From contig JBMYPC010000032.1 in assembly GCA_049599895.1 (NCBI GenBank), positions 1-25,731 on the forward strand: DNA of 25,731 nt. The letters are read 5' to 3'. This DNA comes from Bacteriovoracaceae bacterium (GTDB lineage Bacteria > Bdellovibrionota > Bacteriovoracia > Bacteriovoracales > Bacteriovoracaceae). Positions 24,773-25,731 of this stretch are shown in pieces. Under the pieces are notes generated by a model. The model searched no databases, was not told the origin of the DNA, and worked only from the letters and a program-made list of their open reading frames with translations. Made by a program: the position numbers and the translations under genes. Numbering within the stretch: the first letter of the stretch is position 1; every line of letters starts with the position of its first letter.

Positions 24773-25731
24773 TTATTCTAGGCCAGCTGACTCTGTATTG
24801 TTCTCATCAATGTTTGTGAGGGTCGATCCCACTAAGGAAATTCTCACCCGCTTAAAACGACCATCTCCTAAAGAATCTGTTTGTACTTCAGGGTCATCAT
24901 GGAGGTGTTCGTGAATAATTCTTCTCTCCGCAGGATTAAAGGTTTGAGTCACTTGAGCTTCACCTGTTTCAAGAACTTGGCCCTTAAGCTTATTGCTGAG
25001 GTTGATGAGAAACTCATCAGAATTTCTTTGACGACGTCTTCCTTTGCCAGCTTGTGAGTCTTTATTACCATTTCTTTTGTTTCGAGACTGTCCTTTTGGA
25101 CCTGGTTTGTCATCGCGTCGAGAGTTTTCTTTTCTCGTTGCTGCTTCAGGTTTTGGATTCGTTCCCTCTGCAATCACTTGAACTCTTGTCTCTCGAGGGA
25201 TTTCTTTATTACGAGAAACAAATTGTCTAAGAATGAGCTCAATGGCAAAGAGTAGCTGTTTTCTGTTTGTTAAAACGAGACCAATATCATTTCCAGTTAA
25301 GTGGATCTTAAGATATTTTCCTTCAACAAAAACACCGTACTCAAGGTCAAGTTGCATTTTTTGCATAAGTTCTTGAAGAAACGGAGTGAGTTTCTTTTTA
25401 GCGAGTGAGCTCACTCTAAATTCAAAAGTCTTTTCTTGTGGCCCAAAAATCATAAACTTCTTGCTGCCTTTGTCGAGAACGATGTGTTCTAGAGCATCAG
25501 CGGAGTCGAGCTTAAAGTGTTCAAGGGCAAGCTTTGAAGCTTCTTCTAATGAATAGGATGTCACTGTAAATGGTTTCATGGGTTGTTCCTTTTTCTTCTC
25601 TCTGGGAGTCCGAGTCTCTGGATTCTGATCTTGAGAAGGTTTTTTCTTTTTCTTCTCATTTGTTTTCTTTCGTGAAGATGTCTCTTTTTTCTTTGAGTCC
25701 TTAGATCCTCTTGAATTTTTTGGGTCTCTTG
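24773..25731 (-). CDS. Jag/KhpB (EloR)-like RNA-binding protein (Jag_N, KH, R3H); probably 5'-partial
   Basis: SLEEASKLAL...VLDKGSKKFMIFG (Jag_N), KH-like IHLTGNDIGLVL, R3H FNPAERRIIHEHL...TDSLGDG. The frame stays open for 50 codons upstream of ATG 25579 to the window edge. Confidence 0.85.
   Translation of the reverse strand, partial: RDPKNSRGSKDSKKKETSSRKKTNEKKKKKPSQDQNPETRTPREKKKEQPMKPFTVTSYSLEEASKLALEHFKLDSADALEHIVLDKGSKKFMIFGPQEKTFEFRVSSLAKKKLTPFLQELMQKMQLDLEYGVFVEGKYLKIHLTGNDIGLVLTNRKQLLFAIELILRQFVSRNKEIPRETRVQVIAEGTNPKPEAATRKENSRRDDKPGPKGQSRNKRNGNKDSQAGKGRRRQRNSDEFLINLSNKLKGQVLETGEAQVTQTFNPAERRIIHEHLHDDPEVQTDSLGDGRFKRVRISLVGSTLTNIDENNTESAGLE

Noticed and set aside
1453..25173. Remaining short ORFs nested in or antisense to larger genes (e.g. 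1453, 2312, 2678, 3137, 4371, 6783, 7730, 9382, 9503, 11274, 11470, 14426, 14976, 15900, 16947, 18927, 18966, 20668, 20943, 20998, 21714, 24732, 24949)
   Set aside because: They overlap confident CDSs and lack recognisable motifs.

Overview
AT-rich bacterial chromosomal window. Gene content and style suggest Bdellovibrionota (Bacteriovoracia/Halobacteriovorax-like); this is an inference, not a tested assignment. Most genes are housekeeping or stress genes: an HI0933 flavoprotein, a SAM methyltransferase, a GIY-YIG nuclease, an ABC-F ATPase, a DEAD-box helicase, an RRM protein, a persulfide dioxygenase, a cytochrome c, USP, a DksA-like protein, hflKC, monomeric icd, thioredoxins, CcdA and a Jag/KhpB protein. 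These are interspersed with lineage-specific secreted proteins. No rRNA, tRNA, CRISPR array or intact mobile element was seen. The best candidate for an undescribed system is a translationally coupled HExxH zinc-peptidase + Ddl-like ATP-grasp ligase operon whose ligase lacks the canonical D-Ala-binding motifs. It is transcribed divergently from an EF-hand lipoprotein with a 14-Cys/30-Lys tail. Other points of note: a pseudo-receiver/14-residue-repeat/ankyrin protein, a secreted protein with four Cys-bounded ~49-aa repeats, two deletion/frameshift scars not evident from the ORF track (LysR plus intradiol-dioxygenase remnants, and a frameshifted chimeric thioredoxin), and structured leaders around the RRM and DEAD-box genes.
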